From Kiritimatiellia bacterium (GTDB lineage Bacteria > Verrucomicrobiota > Kiritimatiellia > SLAD01): a DNA stretch of 35,663 bases. A program made the translations under genes and the position numbers. Below the pieces are notes generated by a model, which was given only the letters and a program-made list of their open reading frames with translations, made no database searches and was not told where the DNA came from. Positions 7,727-17,768 of this stretch are shown in pieces; position 1 is the first letter of the stretch, and the number at the start of each line of letters is the position of its first letter. The stretch covers positions 1-35,663 of the forward strand of contig SKLK01000186.1 of assembly GCA_007123265.1 (NCBI GenBank), in the 5' to 3' direction.

Positions 7727-8509
7727 ATGACCTGCTTGACGTTGCATTCGCGCTTTGCCCGTTGCCAGAACTACATGGCCCCGGACCATTCGCTTCACAC
7801 GTTGGCCTTGCCGGAACTGGGCGCAGGCCCGGATCGCACCGTGATGCGACGCTTACCCGATCCGCCGCTACCGACGTTAAAAATGCGTGACGATCAGGTC
7901 GAACTCCCCGAACCTTGGCGTCGCGAGCGTTGCCCTACGACCTACGCACCGCACTTACCCGCGTTGACGCCCCCGACCACGCACAGGCTCCAACAGCTCT
8001 GGCAACGTCTCGAACCCCTGTTCCCGGTCGAGTGCCTGTCGCTCTCCCGACCCATTCCGCGAACGGGCGTTCATCGGCGTATGGCCGAGCAGATGGCGGC
8101 CGGTCGCGCGGCCCTGACGCGAGGCGATGACACGGAAGCGACCCGCTGCCTGCGAGGGCTGGGCATTGGCTTAACACCATCAGGAGATGATTTTCTCTGC
8201 GGCTTTCTGTATGCCTTGGGCCTTGCCCCCCCTGCAGCTCAGGCCCGCCGATCTTCCTTACTCCGACACAGCTTGGGTGACAATGTGCTGGTCAACCATT
8301 TCTTGCGCTTGGCCGCCGCCGGCCTGTATCACGAACACTTCAAGGCCTTTGTCATGGCGGTATGCAGCGGGACAGAGGGCGCAATGGAAGACACCTTCAA
8401 GCCGCTGCTTCAACAGGGCGCAACCTCCGGAGTAGATACCGTCGCAGGATTCTTTTGTGGTCTGGAAGCTTATGCGCGCAGTGAGGCTTCGGCGCGTCGC
8501 GCCGTTTGA
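7727..8509 (+). CDS. DUF2877 / YlbF(AllH)-like protein
   Basis: The ORF has 260 codons. The LRGLGIGLTPSGDDFLCGFLYAL block matches what I recall as the conserved GxGxGLTPxGDDxLxG motif of DUF2877. Support also comes from linkage to FdrA-like and DUF1116 genes, as in the E. coli fdrA-ylbE-ylbF cluster. The N-terminal ~90 aa are Pro-rich, so the true start is uncertain. Confidence 0.55.
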   Translation: MTCLTLHSRFARCQNYMAPDHSLHTLALPELGAGPDRTVMRRLPDPPLPTLKMRDDQVELPEPWRRERCPTTYAPHLPALTPPTTHRLQQLWQRLEPLFPVECLSLSRPIPRTGVHRRMAEQMAAGRAALTRGDDTEATRCLRGLGIGLTPSGDDFLCGFLYALGLAPPAAQARRSSLLRHSLGDNVLVNHFLRLAAAGLYHEHFKAFVMAVCSGTEGAMEDTFKPLLQQGATSGVDTVAGFFCGLEAYARSEASARRAV

Positions 8510-9783
8510 ATCAGGCGCTCGTCCTCCGCCCAGCCGCCGACCCACTGCACGCCGAGAGGTAGCCCTGCATCCGAGCGGTCCGGCAGGGGCACGGTCACCG
8601 TCGGCAACCCAGTATAACTCCACGGCAAATTCATCCGCGGATTACCCGTCGACGCGAGACCGTGCGGCGCCGGACCGGTGGCCGAGGGGGTCACCCACGC
8701 ACACAGCTCTTGCGACAGACGCTGCTGCTCAACGCGCTCACGCAACGTCAACTGGCCAGCTCGTGCCTCCGCCAACCGCTCCGCCGACACCGCTTCGCCC
8801 CGCTCAATCAACGCACGGCTGGCAGATTGATACTGCGCGGCACACGCTGCAAACCACGGTCGATGATAGGCTGCCATTTCCGCTGCGATTAGATCGTAAT
8901 GAAGCTCGACCCAATCGTCCCAATCCGGAAACAGATCGGTTTCGATCACGGTGTAACCCGCCGCCCGTAACGCGTCCAACCACGACTCAAATGCGCCCAC
9001 CATCACATTGTCGGCCTGAGCCAAAAACGCCCCCGTTGGTACGCCCACCCGCTTGGCCGCGGCCCCTGAATGAGCTGGCTCGATGTTGCCCCAGTCAGAC
9101 CACAGACACCGGGCCACGACGTCCACGTCGTCGAGTTTCGACACGAAAAAGCCGACATGATCCACAGAGGCTGAGAACGGCACGCACCCCGCAGTGGATA
9201 GGCGACCGTAGGTTGGCTTGAACCCGGTTACCCCGCAATAGGAAGCCGGCCGGGCGATGGAACCAATGGTTTGGGTGCCCAACGCCAAAGGACAATAGCC
9301 CGCCGCAACCGCGGCGGCGGAGCCGCTGGAGGAGCCCCCGGGTGTGTGTTCCAGATGATGCGGATTACGCGTCGGCCCGGGATCCGCAAAGGCGAACTCG
9401 GTGGCCACGGTCTTTCCCAGCATCAGCGCCCCGGCGGCGCGCAGCGCCTGAATCACCGGACCTTCATCCCCGGCAAACCAATGCGGCGGCAGAGCAGATC
9501 CGGCTCGCGTTTCGAAACCTGTCACGTGAAACAGGTCTTTCACCCCCATCAACACGCCAAACAGCGGCGGACGCGCGGCGGAGTCGGGATAGCGCGCCAG
9601 CAGGTCACGGGCTTCTGCTTCAAGTCGCTCACGCCGTCCCGGCTCCGGCAGGAGGGCGGCCACTTCGGGTTCGCAGGCGTCGACGTGATCGCATGTCGCG
9701 TTGATATAGTCGAGCAACCCACGCGTACCGTTCCGCAAATCATCCACCAGATCGCGAAGCGCAGGTAACGGCTGTCCCGGCAT
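8470..9783 (-). CDS. Amidase-signature family amidohydrolase
   Basis: The sequence shows GVLMGVKDLF (catalytic Lys region) and GGSSSGSAAAVAAGYCPLALGTQTIGSIRRP-type signature (here ...GSIARPASYCGVTGFKPTYGR). The start ATG overlaps the upstream gene's TGA. Confidence 0.85.
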   Translation of the reverse strand: MPGQPLPALRDLVDDLRNGTRGLLDYINATCDHVDACEPEVAALLPEPGRRERLEAEARDLLARYPDSAARPPLFGVLMGVKDLFHVTGFETRAGSALPPHWFAGDEGPVIQALRAAGALMLGKTVATEFAFADPGPTRNPHHLEHTPGGSSSGSAAAVAAGYCPLALGTQTIGSIARPASYCGVTGFKPTYGRLSTAGCVPFSASVDHVGFFVSKLDDVDVVARCLWSDWGNIEPAHSGAAAKRVGVPTGAFLAQADNVMVGAFESWLDALRAAGYTVIETDLFPDWDDWVELHYDLIAAEMAAYHRPWFAACAAQYQSASRALIERGEAVSAERLAEARAGQLTLRERVEQQRLSQELCAWVTPSATGPAPHGLASTGNPRMNLPWSYTGLPTVTVPLPDRSDAGLPLGVQWVGGWAEDERLIQTARRAEASLRA

Positions 9784-10979
9784 CAGCAGATGCCTTCTTC
9801 GCGGAGACGCGCCACTTGTTCAGCGCTGTAGCCCAACCATTCCCGCAGGATCGGTTCGGTATGCTCGCCAACCTCGGGCACCGCCCCGCGTGTGCCGGTC
9901 TCGGGCACATGGGTCATTTTGATCGGGTTGCCGGCGAGCTTGACGCCCGCCAAGTTGGGATCGTCCAAATCAACCACCATGTCCCGCGCCAGAATCTGTG
10001 GATCAGCCATCACGCGGCCGACATCATTAATGGGGGCACTGGGGATCTCCGCCGCATCCAGAATGGCCAGCCATTCCGCCACCGTCTTGGTCGCAAAAAC
10101 GTCTGTTAACCACTCATTCAGATCCTCGACATTCTCGCAACGATCCCGGTTGGTGACGAACCGGGGATCACCGGCCATCTCCGGCTGGCCGACGGCTTGG
10201 CAAAAGCGCTGCCACAAGACTTCATTTCCCACGCCGATGACCAAATACGCGTCGCTGGCGCGTACGGCTTGAAACGGGGTAATCGTGGGATGGCGATGCC
10301 CCAACGGTTGTGGCGAAGTGCCGTCCACCTGATAGCGAACCAGGGCATTTTCGAGCAGGGCCACCTGACAATCCAGCATGGCCACATCGATCTTTTGCCC
10401 CACGCCCGTCCGCTCGCGCGCGTACAACGCCGCGTTAATGCCGACCGCCGTAAACAAGGACGCCGCCAAATCGCCAAACGACAACCCCACGCGCGTCGGC
10501 TCGCTGTCGGGCCAGCCGGTAATGCTCATGACACCACCGCGCGCTTGCGCCAAAATATCGTAGGCTGGCCGCTTGCTGTCCGGGCCGGTATGCCCGAATC
10601 CGGAGGCGGCGGCATAAATCAACCGCGGATTGAGCGCTGCCAAGGCCTCATAGCCCAGCCCCAACTTCTCCATGGTACCGGGCCGATAGTTTTCAATCAG
10701 GACATCCGCCTCTTTGACCAACGCTTCGAGAATGGCCTTGCCCTCCGTCGATTTCAGGTTCAAGGACAAACTTTCCTTGCCTCGATTGACGCTGGCGAAA
10801 TACAAACTGATATCGCGCAGAAACGGCCCGAACGTACGGGAATCATCGCCGCTGCCCGGTCGCTCGATCTTGATGATCCGCGCGCCCAAGTCCTGCAACA
10901 CCATCGTACAATAGGGACCCGCGAGGACCCGCGTGAGATCCAATACTTTGACGTGGGCTAACGGCTTTTCCGCAGTCAT
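9783..10979 (-). CDS. Family III CoA-transferase (CaiB/BaiF/Frc type)
   Basis: The N-terminus LAHVKVLDLTRVLAGPYCTMVLQDLGARIIKIERPGSGDDSR and the AYDILAQARGGVMSITG block (catalytic Asp region) are typical of this family. Confidence 0.85.
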   Translation of the reverse strand: MTAEKPLAHVKVLDLTRVLAGPYCTMVLQDLGARIIKIERPGSGDDSRTFGPFLRDISLYFASVNRGKESLSLNLKSTEGKAILEALVKEADVLIENYRPGTMEKLGLGYEALAALNPRLIYAAASGFGHTGPDSKRPAYDILAQARGGVMSITGWPDSEPTRVGLSFGDLAASLFTAVGINAALYARERTGVGQKIDVAMLDCQVALLENALVRYQVDGTSPQPLGHRHPTITPFQAVRASDAYLVIGVGNEVLWQRFCQAVGQPEMAGDPRFVTNRDRCENVEDLNEWLTDVFATKTVAEWLAILDAAEIPSAPINDVGRVMADPQILARDMVVDLDDPNLAGVKLAGNPIKMTHVPETGTRGAVPEVGEHTEPILREWLGYSAEQVARLREEGIC

Positions 10980-11013
10980 GTAATCACACCTTCCTGTTCG
11001 GCACGCGCCGACA

Positions 11014-11829
11014 TTACGGCTCGATCGCGATCAATCGGCACATGGACGATTCCAGCTCGATGCCGCGCAAGGGGAACAGGCCGATCCACAAGCGCTTGTT
11101 ACTGACCTCGTTAATTTGGCCTCCGACATTTTCCGCGTGCACCAAGCCTTTTGGAAACAGCTTCAGATGCATCACTTGATAGTACTCCTCCAACGGGAAC
11201 AACTCGTCCCAGGACTTGCCATAGGTCGCCTGCATCTTCTGGTCGGCCGCCGCAAAGTCACGCGGATGCCAATTGCGAATGATCGTATTCATCGGGTGAT
11301 CGGCGCTGCCGCAATCCACACCAATCCATTTGATCTTCATATCGAGCGCCCACTCATGAAAGTCCGGGCTGGGACCGGGGTGCCGGACAAAGTAGCGCAG
11401 CTCATCGGACTCGGGCTGGTCCCACGCGAAGCGGTTGTAACCGGTATTGATCAGCAAGATATCGCCCGACTGAATATCGGCCCGCTTCATCAGCAGCTCG
11501 GGCGAATACAGATCGTAATCTTCGACATCCTCCGAGATATCCACGACTACTCCCGGTCCGTACCAATGGTCCAGCGGCATGTCCCCGATCGAGCGCCCCG
11601 ACGCATGGAAATGAATCTCCCCGTCGATGTGCGTACCCACATGGTTGCTGGTGGTGATGATCTGTCCATTGGCGCCCTGGCCTTGATGGGCTCCTGCGAG
11701 CCGTTTGAAGTATTGGATGCCCAACGGCATATAACTTGGCCATGGCGGCGTGTGCACGCTCAAGCGTTGCGTCAGGTCGTAGATCTTCGCTTGCCCCATC
11801 AACTCAATAAATTCGCTTATCTGCATCAC
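11014..11829 (-). CDS. Cyclase-family metal hydrolase (kynurenine formamidase / isatin hydrolase-like)
   Basis: NHVGTHIDGEIHF matches the HxGTHxDxPxH-type motif of the putative cyclase family. The length is 271 aa. Confidence 0.75.
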   Translation of the reverse strand: MMQISEFIELMGQAKIYDLTQRLSVHTPPWPSYMPLGIQYFKRLAGAHQGQGANGQIITTSNHVGTHIDGEIHFHASGRSIGDMPLDHWYGPGVVVDISEDVEDYDLYSPELLMKRADIQSGDILLINTGYNRFAWDQPESDELRYFVRHPGPSPDFHEWALDMKIKWIGVDCGSADHPMNTIIRNWHPRDFAAADQKMQATYGKSWDELFPLEEYYQVMHLKLFPKGLVHAENVGGQINEVSNKRLWIGLFPLRGIELESSMCRLIAIEP

Positions 11830-11853
11830 GGTCTCCCTTGGTTAGTCCTTTGC

Positions 11854-13257
11854 TTAATTAGTAGAAAAAGTGGCGGCTAAGCCTTCAACAGCGCGCACGA
11901 ACGGGTCCATCGGCGCCGTTACCACCCCGGCTCCGACCTGGCCGACGCCGGCTTTTTTGTGGGCCACGCCGGTATCGAGAAACGGAACGATTCCCCGCTC
12001 GACCACGCGCACGGCATTAATCCCGGTGGGCGTCCCGCGAAAGTCCAGTGCAGGGATTTGGAATACGCCGTTTTCGTCCAAGGCAATCTCGTACATTTCC
12101 AGTGTATAATGCAGCGCATCGCGGGCGGAGCCGCCGACGAACTGAACGATGGCCGGGGCTGCGGCAATCGCGAAACCGCCCAACCCGCCCGTCTCGGTGA
12201 TGGTGCTATCGCCAATGTCCGGATTCGCGTCGTCTTTGGTGTATCCGGCAAAGAATAGTGCGTCCGGAACCAACGAGGCGCCGGTAAACCATGCCGAGCC
12301 GGTGCCGGCCAATTGAATACCGAAATCCGTGCCGTTGCGGGCCATCGCCACGACCATGGAACTGTCGGTGATATCGCGTACCGGATCCAAGGAGGCTTTG
12401 CACGCGGGCATGGAGAGGTTGAGGAAGAAGTGATCATTGCCGTTGATGAACTCGATCACCTCCGCCACGGTATCGCGGTCCGGCACGGACCGCACCAGCG
12501 CCGGAGTCACGGCGCGCAGGAACAAGGAGGTGCCGGCCCGGTTGCGATTGTGCACTTCGTCGCCCATGTGCAAGGCCTGGGCAATCATGTTCTTGAGATC
12601 GATCCCGCCGGTGGCCCGAATCGCGGCTTGCAAAGCGGGATACAACGTGTCCGCCATCCATTTCAAGCGGGTGACGACCTCGGGCGCATAGGCGCCATAG
12701 CGAAGGACCTTGCCCAGTCCTTCGTTCTGGGTGCAAAAGGCGCGATTCCCATACGTCTTGTTTTCGACAACAAAGACCGGCATCGAAGCCGAAACCACCC
12801 CGGCCATGGGACCCACGGCCTGATGTTCATGACAAGGCGCGAAGCGATAGCGGCCACCGGCCAACAGGGCCTCAGCCGCTTCTGGCGTATCCGCACCGCC
12901 CTCATAGAGCACCGCACCGATCATCGCGCCGCGCATCGGCCCACACATACGGTCCCAGGTAATCGGCGGTCCAGCATGCAGTAGCAAGTCATCCGCCATG
13001 CCGGGGATCAGGTCGCGCGCCACCCCCATATCAATCAGCACCGGTTGCGCCTTTTGCAAGCGCGCCACCGCCTCCTGATTCGCCGCCTCGATTCGCTCCG
13101 TGTGCCGGGCGATCACGGCCAGAACCCCGGCGTCCACCGGCGCAGGCGGCCGCCATTCCACGTGCACACTGTCCCCGCCGGCGGCACGGATCGCGGCGTC
13201 AAAGGATTCGAGCCCGACATTAATGACCTTCAGTGGTTGCGCCTGCAGCAGGCTCAT
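11854..13257 (-). CDS. DUF1116 / YlbE(AllG)-like protein
   Basis: Start was chosen at MSLLQAQPLKVINVG, whose ATG overlaps the fdrA-like stop as ATGA. LLHAGPPITWDRMCGPMRGA...APCHEHQAVGPMAGVVSASMPVFVVENKTYGNRAFCTQNEGLGKVLRYGAY...GDSTITETGGLGGFA closely follows E. coli YlbE as I remember it. The 48-codon Arg/Gly-rich extension to 13401 was rejected. Confidence 0.8.
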   Translation of the reverse strand: MSLLQAQPLKVINVGLESFDAAIRAAGGDSVHVEWRPPAPVDAGVLAVIARHTERIEAANQEAVARLQKAQPVLIDMGVARDLIPGMADDLLLHAGPPITWDRMCGPMRGAMIGAVLYEGGADTPEAAEALLAGGRYRFAPCHEHQAVGPMAGVVSASMPVFVVENKTYGNRAFCTQNEGLGKVLRYGAYAPEVVTRLKWMADTLYPALQAAIRATGGIDLKNMIAQALHMGDEVHNRNRAGTSLFLRAVTPALVRSVPDRDTVAEVIEFINGNDHFFLNLSMPACKASLDPVRDITDSSMVVAMARNGTDFGIQLAGTGSAWFTGASLVPDALFFAGYTKDDANPDIGDSTITETGGLGGFAIAAAPAIVQFVGGSARDALHYTLEMYEIALDENGVFQIPALDFRGTPTGINAVRVVERGIVPFLDTGVAHKKAGVGQVGAGVVTAPMDPFVRAVEGLAATFSTN

Positions 13258-14789
13258 GCGCGCCCCCCTTCCTGTAACGCCGCCACCCATTCGCCCGCCC
13301 ACGCGGCGGCTGCGGCATTGGAAGGCGCGAGCACGCCACCCGCCGCCTCCAACGCGGTGACCACCGACTCGCGCCCCTGCGGATCGGCGTCGGTCCCACA
13401 AACATGAAACAAGAGCACAGGCGGATTCTCGCGTTGTGAAATTTGCTGAAACAGTGGGACCAATTCTGCGGCCGGTTCCGCATGTGATCCATAGCCCAAC
13501 ACCACATCCAACAAGATCACACCGGTCTCTGGATCGTCGGCCTCGGCCAACAGGCGGCGATTGCGCAAGGCGAAGTCGATCATCGGGTGCGCACGTCCGG
13601 CGGTAAACTCGTCGCCACCCAAATCAATAACCGTATGCCCCTGGCTATGATCCGGATCGTCGAGGGCCGTGGTCACATTGTTGCGCAGCGTCCCCAATTT
13701 CGGCGTCAGTAAATGCACCGTCTCCTGGGCAAAGGTGCCGCCACAAAACAAGCCGCGCAAATAACGGCGCGGCGGAGCGGGTAACTGCGGCGCCGGAATC
13801 GTTCGTCCGCTCAAAAGCGCCAACGCTTGGTCGGGCGTTTCGCCGTTACTCAAGGCCACGGCCAGATAGGCTGCGGCCTCCAGCGTCGCAGCGGGGATGG
13901 CGCCGGACGCCTCCACGACGGCGGGATCGCCACCGATAAAGATCGCGACGACCGGCTTGTCCATGGCCCGGACCCGTTCAGCCAGTGCCTTTAACACTTC
14001 ATCGTCCGGCGTCTTTGACACCAACACCAATACGTCCGTCCCCTCGTCCTCGCTCAACAGGTTCAGGGCCGCCAGAAAGGTACGTCCGCCGACGGCGGCC
14101 TTGATATCCCGGCCGCCGGTACCGATGGCATGCGAAACGCCGCCCCCTTGTTGATGAATCAGGCTGGTCACTTCCTGCAAGCCGGTACCGGAGGCGGCGA
14201 CCAAGCCGATCCGGCCGCGCCGCACGACATTGGCAAACCCCAGCGGCACACCACCGATGATGGCTGTGCCGCAATCGGGTCCCATACACAGCACGCCCTT
14301 TTCCGTGGCCCGTTGTTTACAGGCAATTTCCGCGTCGAGCGACACGTTATCGGAAAACAACATCACATGCAGCCCGGCTTCAATGGCCTGCATCGCTTCC
14401 GCCGCCGCATAGCGCCCGGCAATCGAGATCAGCGCCAACTGTGCATCGGGATGACTGGCTAGTGCGCCGGCCAGACTGCGCGGATGAAAGGCTGTGTCCG
14501 CACTCGCGGCCGCGGGCTTCTTTTTCAGCAACGCCTCCATCTCCGCTACGGCCGATTCGGCCTCGGCCTTTGACTCAGCGAGGACGCCCAGCGCGAGATC
14601 GGTATCGGTGGCCTCGGCCAAACCCGGCCAATCCATCCCGGAGGCGGCCAGAATACGTTTATTTTCGGCCGTCGCCATAATCGCCGCTGCATCCTTCACG
14701 CCCGGCAACTCCAGCGCTTGCTTGGCCACGCGCATGAGTGACACGGAATCAAAATATTTGCCGGTTATGATCTGGCCCGCTGTATCCAT
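13254..14789 (-). CDS. fdrA: FdrA(AllF)-like protein (succinyl-CoA-synthetase-alpha-like CoA-binding/ligase fold)
   Basis: Start was chosen at MDTAGQIITGKYFDSVSLMRVAKQ, by analogy with the FdrA N-terminus (..F.DSVSLM..). The protein also has IGGVPLGFANVV.RGRIGLVAASGTGLQEV and GTGGRD blocks. The extension to 14888 was rejected. Confidence 0.8.
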   Translation of the reverse strand: MDTAGQIITGKYFDSVSLMRVAKQALELPGVKDAAAIMATAENKRILAASGMDWPGLAEATDTDLALGVLAESKAEAESAVAEMEALLKKKPAAASADTAFHPRSLAGALASHPDAQLALISIAGRYAAAEAMQAIEAGLHVMLFSDNVSLDAEIACKQRATEKGVLCMGPDCGTAIIGGVPLGFANVVRRGRIGLVAASGTGLQEVTSLIHQQGGGVSHAIGTGGRDIKAAVGGRTFLAALNLLSEDEGTDVLVLVSKTPDDEVLKALAERVRAMDKPVVAIFIGGDPAVVEASGAIPAATLEAAAYLAVALSNGETPDQALALLSGRTIPAPQLPAPPRRYLRGLFCGGTFAQETVHLLTPKLGTLRNNVTTALDDPDHSQGHTVIDLGGDEFTAGRAHPMIDFALRNRRLLAEADDPETGVILLDVVLGYGSHAEPAAELVPLFQQISQRENPPVLLFHVCGTDADPQGRESVVTALEAAGGVLAPSNAAAAAWAGEWVAALQEGGRA

Positions 14790-14839
14790 TCGTCTAGTTC
14801 CATCCCCGCTGCGCTCTCGCGCCAATGCTCCCGTTCCGT

Positions 14840-17287
14840 TTATCCCTTGACCCCGTCGTGCTTTCGCAACTCCGGCGCCGACCGGCATGATCCGACCGGT
14901 GATTTGGTAATCCAGTTATCGATCGGCTCTTTGTTGTTGAGCGCTCGCCACACATCTTCGAAACGCATCGGCATATGGGTCAACTCCACACCAATCGCCT
15001 GCTGCAGGGCGTTGCCCAACGCCGAACAGACCGAAATCATGGAATGCTCGCCGACGCCGCGGGCGCCGTAGGGCCCGTCGATCTGCGCCGTTTCAACCAC
15101 CATTGCCTCCACCTCCAACGGCAAGTCCATGGCTGTTGGAATTTTGTTATCGGTGAACGAGGGATTCAGCAACCGGCCCTGTTCATCAAAGATATAGCCT
15201 TCACAAAAGGCCGTGCCCAAGCCTTGCACCATGCCACCAATCGCTTGCCCGCGCACGAGTCCGGTATTAATGGCTTTGCCGACATCGAAGGCCGAAGCGA
15301 TCTTCAAAATCGTGTATTCACCGGTTTCCGGATCGGCTTCCACCACCATGCCGTGCGCGCCGTAGGTCCAATCCAGCGCGGGCAACCCTTGCCCGGTCTC
15401 CTTATCGATGTGCCCCAATCCTTGGGCGATGTATTTGCCCACGCCGATCAAGGGCCCGCCGATTCCGTTGCCGTCCGGATAGGCATAGCCCACGGCGATA
15501 TCCTGGAACCGAATAAACCGCGACGGATGATGGCGAATGAAAATCTTGTCCTCGTCATGGTCCATATCGTGATCGGTGGCACGAAGAATTTGCGATGCGA
15601 CAGCGTAGGCGTTCTTGAGCAAGTCCTCCGCCGCCAAAATCGTGGCATTGCCGGAAAGCATCAACCCTTTGGAGGCCACAGTTTGCCAATCGTACGGGTC
15701 GCGATCGGTATCCGTCTCAAAGGCGACATGAATCTTTTCCAACGGAAACCTCAATCGCTCCGCCGCCAACTGCGCCAGCGAGGTGTAAGTGCCCTGCCCC
15801 ATATCCGTGAGCGACACGTTCAAGGTGACGGTGCCGTCCTGATTCATCTTCAACACCACAGAGGCGGCGGTAAACGGGGGCATCGCAGGCGCCTTTTGCA
15901 ACGCCGCCACGGCCTTGCCGATTTTCCGGCCCGTCGCCTTTTCACGGGCCGCCTCGTCCGGGGTCAACTGGCCGTATTGGATCGATTCGGCAACGGACTC
16001 AACACACTGGATGACATTACCCGTATGCGCTGTGATTTCCTCACCCGTAATGGTCAGGGAACCGGGGCGCAGTAGATTCTTGCGCCGGAATTCCAGCGGG
16101 TCCATGTCAATGGCGGACGCGACCAGTTCCATGTGCCGCTCGATGCCCCAATGGAACTCGACATGGCCGAAACCGCGGTAGGCGGTGCTGTAGGGTTTGT
16201 TCGTGTAAAGGGCGTAGGAATCCACCCAGCAATTGGGGATTTCGTACGGGCCGGAACCGGAATAGGAGGCGGCGCGTTGCACGTTCACCGCATAGTCGGC
16301 ATAGGCGCCTGCGTCCCAATACTGTGTCATTTGTTGGGCGACGATGCGGCCATCCGCCATCACACCGGTCTTGATGCGTTGTTGCAATCCGCTGCGACAA
16401 GGCAACAAGCTGAATTCCTCCTCGCGCGTGGCCTGCACGCGTACCGGGCGCCCGCCTGCTTTGCGTGACAACACCGCCACCAGCGGTTCCAATCCGATAC
16501 CCGCCTTGCCCCCGAAACCGCCACCGATATACGGCACCATCACCCGCACATTGCGGTGCGGGATCTTGAAGGCCACCGCAAAGAGATTCTTGACCGTGTG
16601 CGGCGACTGCGCCGCCGACCAAATCCGCACTTCATCGCCCGCACACCATTGGGCGATCGACACATGCGTCTCAATCGGGACATGCTGAACGGAGGGATTC
16701 GTGTAGAACCGTTCCACGACATAATCCGCCTCGGCCATCGCCTTTTCCATGTCGCCTTTGCGGATCTTGTTGTGATTGACGATATTTGTGCCGGGGCGGG
16801 GCGTGAAAGCCGGCTTGAAATAGTCGTAGCTGCCCAACTCCGGATGTACCAGCGGCGCGTCTTCCTTGATCGCGTCCAACGGATGCAACACCGGCGGCAA
16901 GACTTCGTACTCGACCTCAATCAACTCGACAGCCCGCTCAGCGATAACCAACGTATCCGCAGCCACCGCCGCCACCGCCTCGCCGTAATGGCGCACTTCG
17001 CCTTTGGCGAGAATATATTTGTCCACCACGTACAGGCCCAACCGATAATCCAATTCCTCGCCGGTCACGACTGCGCGCACACCGGGCAAGGCCGCCGCTC
17101 GCGAGGTGTCAATGCGCACAATCCGGGCGCGTGCGTGCGGGCTTTTCTTGATCCGGGCATGCAACATCCCAGGCATCACCATATCTCCGACATACGTCGC
17201 TTGACCGGTCAGTTTTACCGTAGATTCCAAGCGGGCCGGGTCGGTACCGACATATTTCAGTGTGGCCGGGTCAACCTGATCATACAT
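14840..17287 (-). CDS. Molybdopterin-binding large subunit of an XDH/aldehyde-oxidase/CoxL-family hydroxylase
   Basis: The protein is 815 aa. The N-terminus has the a/b-hammerhead pattern (KLTGQATYVGDMVMPGMLHARIKKSPHARARIVRID). The GGGFGGKAG motif is present. No CoxL-type VAYRCSFR loop was seen. Confidence 0.9.
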   Translation of the reverse strand: MYDQVDPATLKYVGTDPARLESTVKLTGQATYVGDMVMPGMLHARIKKSPHARARIVRIDTSRAAALPGVRAVVTGEELDYRLGLYVVDKYILAKGEVRHYGEAVAAVAADTLVIAERAVELIEVEYEVLPPVLHPLDAIKEDAPLVHPELGSYDYFKPAFTPRPGTNIVNHNKIRKGDMEKAMAEADYVVERFYTNPSVQHVPIETHVSIAQWCAGDEVRIWSAAQSPHTVKNLFAVAFKIPHRNVRVMVPYIGGGFGGKAGIGLEPLVAVLSRKAGGRPVRVQATREEEFSLLPCRSGLQQRIKTGVMADGRIVAQQMTQYWDAGAYADYAVNVQRAASYSGSGPYEIPNCWVDSYALYTNKPYSTAYRGFGHVEFHWGIERHMELVASAIDMDPLEFRRKNLLRPGSLTITGEEITAHTGNVIQCVESVAESIQYGQLTPDEAAREKATGRKIGKAVAALQKAPAMPPFTAASVVLKMNQDGTVTLNVSLTDMGQGTYTSLAQLAAERLRFPLEKIHVAFETDTDRDPYDWQTVASKGLMLSGNATILAAEDLLKNAYAVASQILRATDHDMDHDEDKIFIRHHPSRFIRFQDIAVGYAYPDGNGIGGPLIGVGKYIAQGLGHIDKETGQGLPALDWTYGAHGMVVEADPETGEYTILKIASAFDVGKAINTGLVRGQAIGGMVQGLGTAFCEGYIFDEQGRLLNPSFTDNKIPTAMDLPLEVEAMVVETAQIDGPYGARGVGEHSMISVCSALGNALQQAIGVELTHMPMRFEDVWRALNNKEPIDNWITKSPVGSCRSAPELRKHDGVKG

Positions 17288-17768
17288 GTTTCAGCGCCCC
17301 CTTCTGCGGCAATTGCCCCGTCACATCCAACACCGCCTCAATCACCTGCACGTAGCCGGTGCAGCGACAGAAGTTGCCTTCGATCCCCGCCTTGATCTCG
17401 TCCACCGAAGGCTTCGGGTTGCGGCGGAGCAGGTCCTGGATCGACATCAACAAGCCCGGCGTACAAAAACCGCATTGCGTCGCGTGGTGGCGGGCAAAGG
17501 CCGCTTGCAAATCGGATAGCGTGTTGCCGTCGGCCTGACCCTCAACCGTCTCGATCACGGCGCCATTTGCTTCCACCGCCAGCACCAAGCAAGCGTTCAC
17601 CGCTTTCCCGTTCAGGATCAGCGTACAGGCCCCACATTCTCCAGCGGCGCAGCCTTCCTTGGTCCCGGTCAAACCGAGGTCCTCACGCAAAAAGTGCAGC
17701 AGGGTCTTGTATTCGGTGGTCTCCCGCTCATAGACCTGTCCATTCACTGTCAGTTGCACCTGCATCAT
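17280..17768 (-). CDS. [2Fe-2S]-binding small subunit of the Mo hydroxylase
   Basis: Start MMQVQLTVNG overlaps the FAD-subunit stop as ATGA. The two cluster motifs GCAAGECGACTLILNG and QCGFCTPG...CRCTGY are present. There is an 8-nt overlap with the large-subunit start. Confidence 0.9.
   Translation of the reverse strand: MMQVQLTVNGQVYERETTEYKTLLHFLREDLGLTGTKEGCAAGECGACTLILNGKAVNACLVLAVEANGAVIETVEGQADGNTLSDLQAAFARHHATQCGFCTPGLLMSIQDLLRRNPKPSVDEIKAGIEGNFCRCTGYVQVIEAVLDVTGQLPQKGALKHV

Noticed and set aside
6999-7798. ORFs crossing the 7.1-7.7 kb repeat field (6999-7574 +, 7168-7407 -, 7429-7647 -, 7553-7798 -).
   Set aside because: They translate the palindromic repeat units, for example the recurring PTTPGTPSPSSA. 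Reading frames are open on both strands, which is what repeats produce rather than genes.
13254-14888. N-terminal extensions of several ORFs as given in the track: FdrA-like to 14888, DUF1116 to 13401, 2Fe-2S to 17834, AKR to 27198, HEAT to 20750, S8-A to 4773 and PEP-CTERM-A to 2314.
   Set aside because: Each extension overlaps the upstream gene and is Arg/Gly-rich or lacks signal-peptide logic. Internal starts give canonical family N-termini and ATGA/TAATG coupling with the upstream stop.
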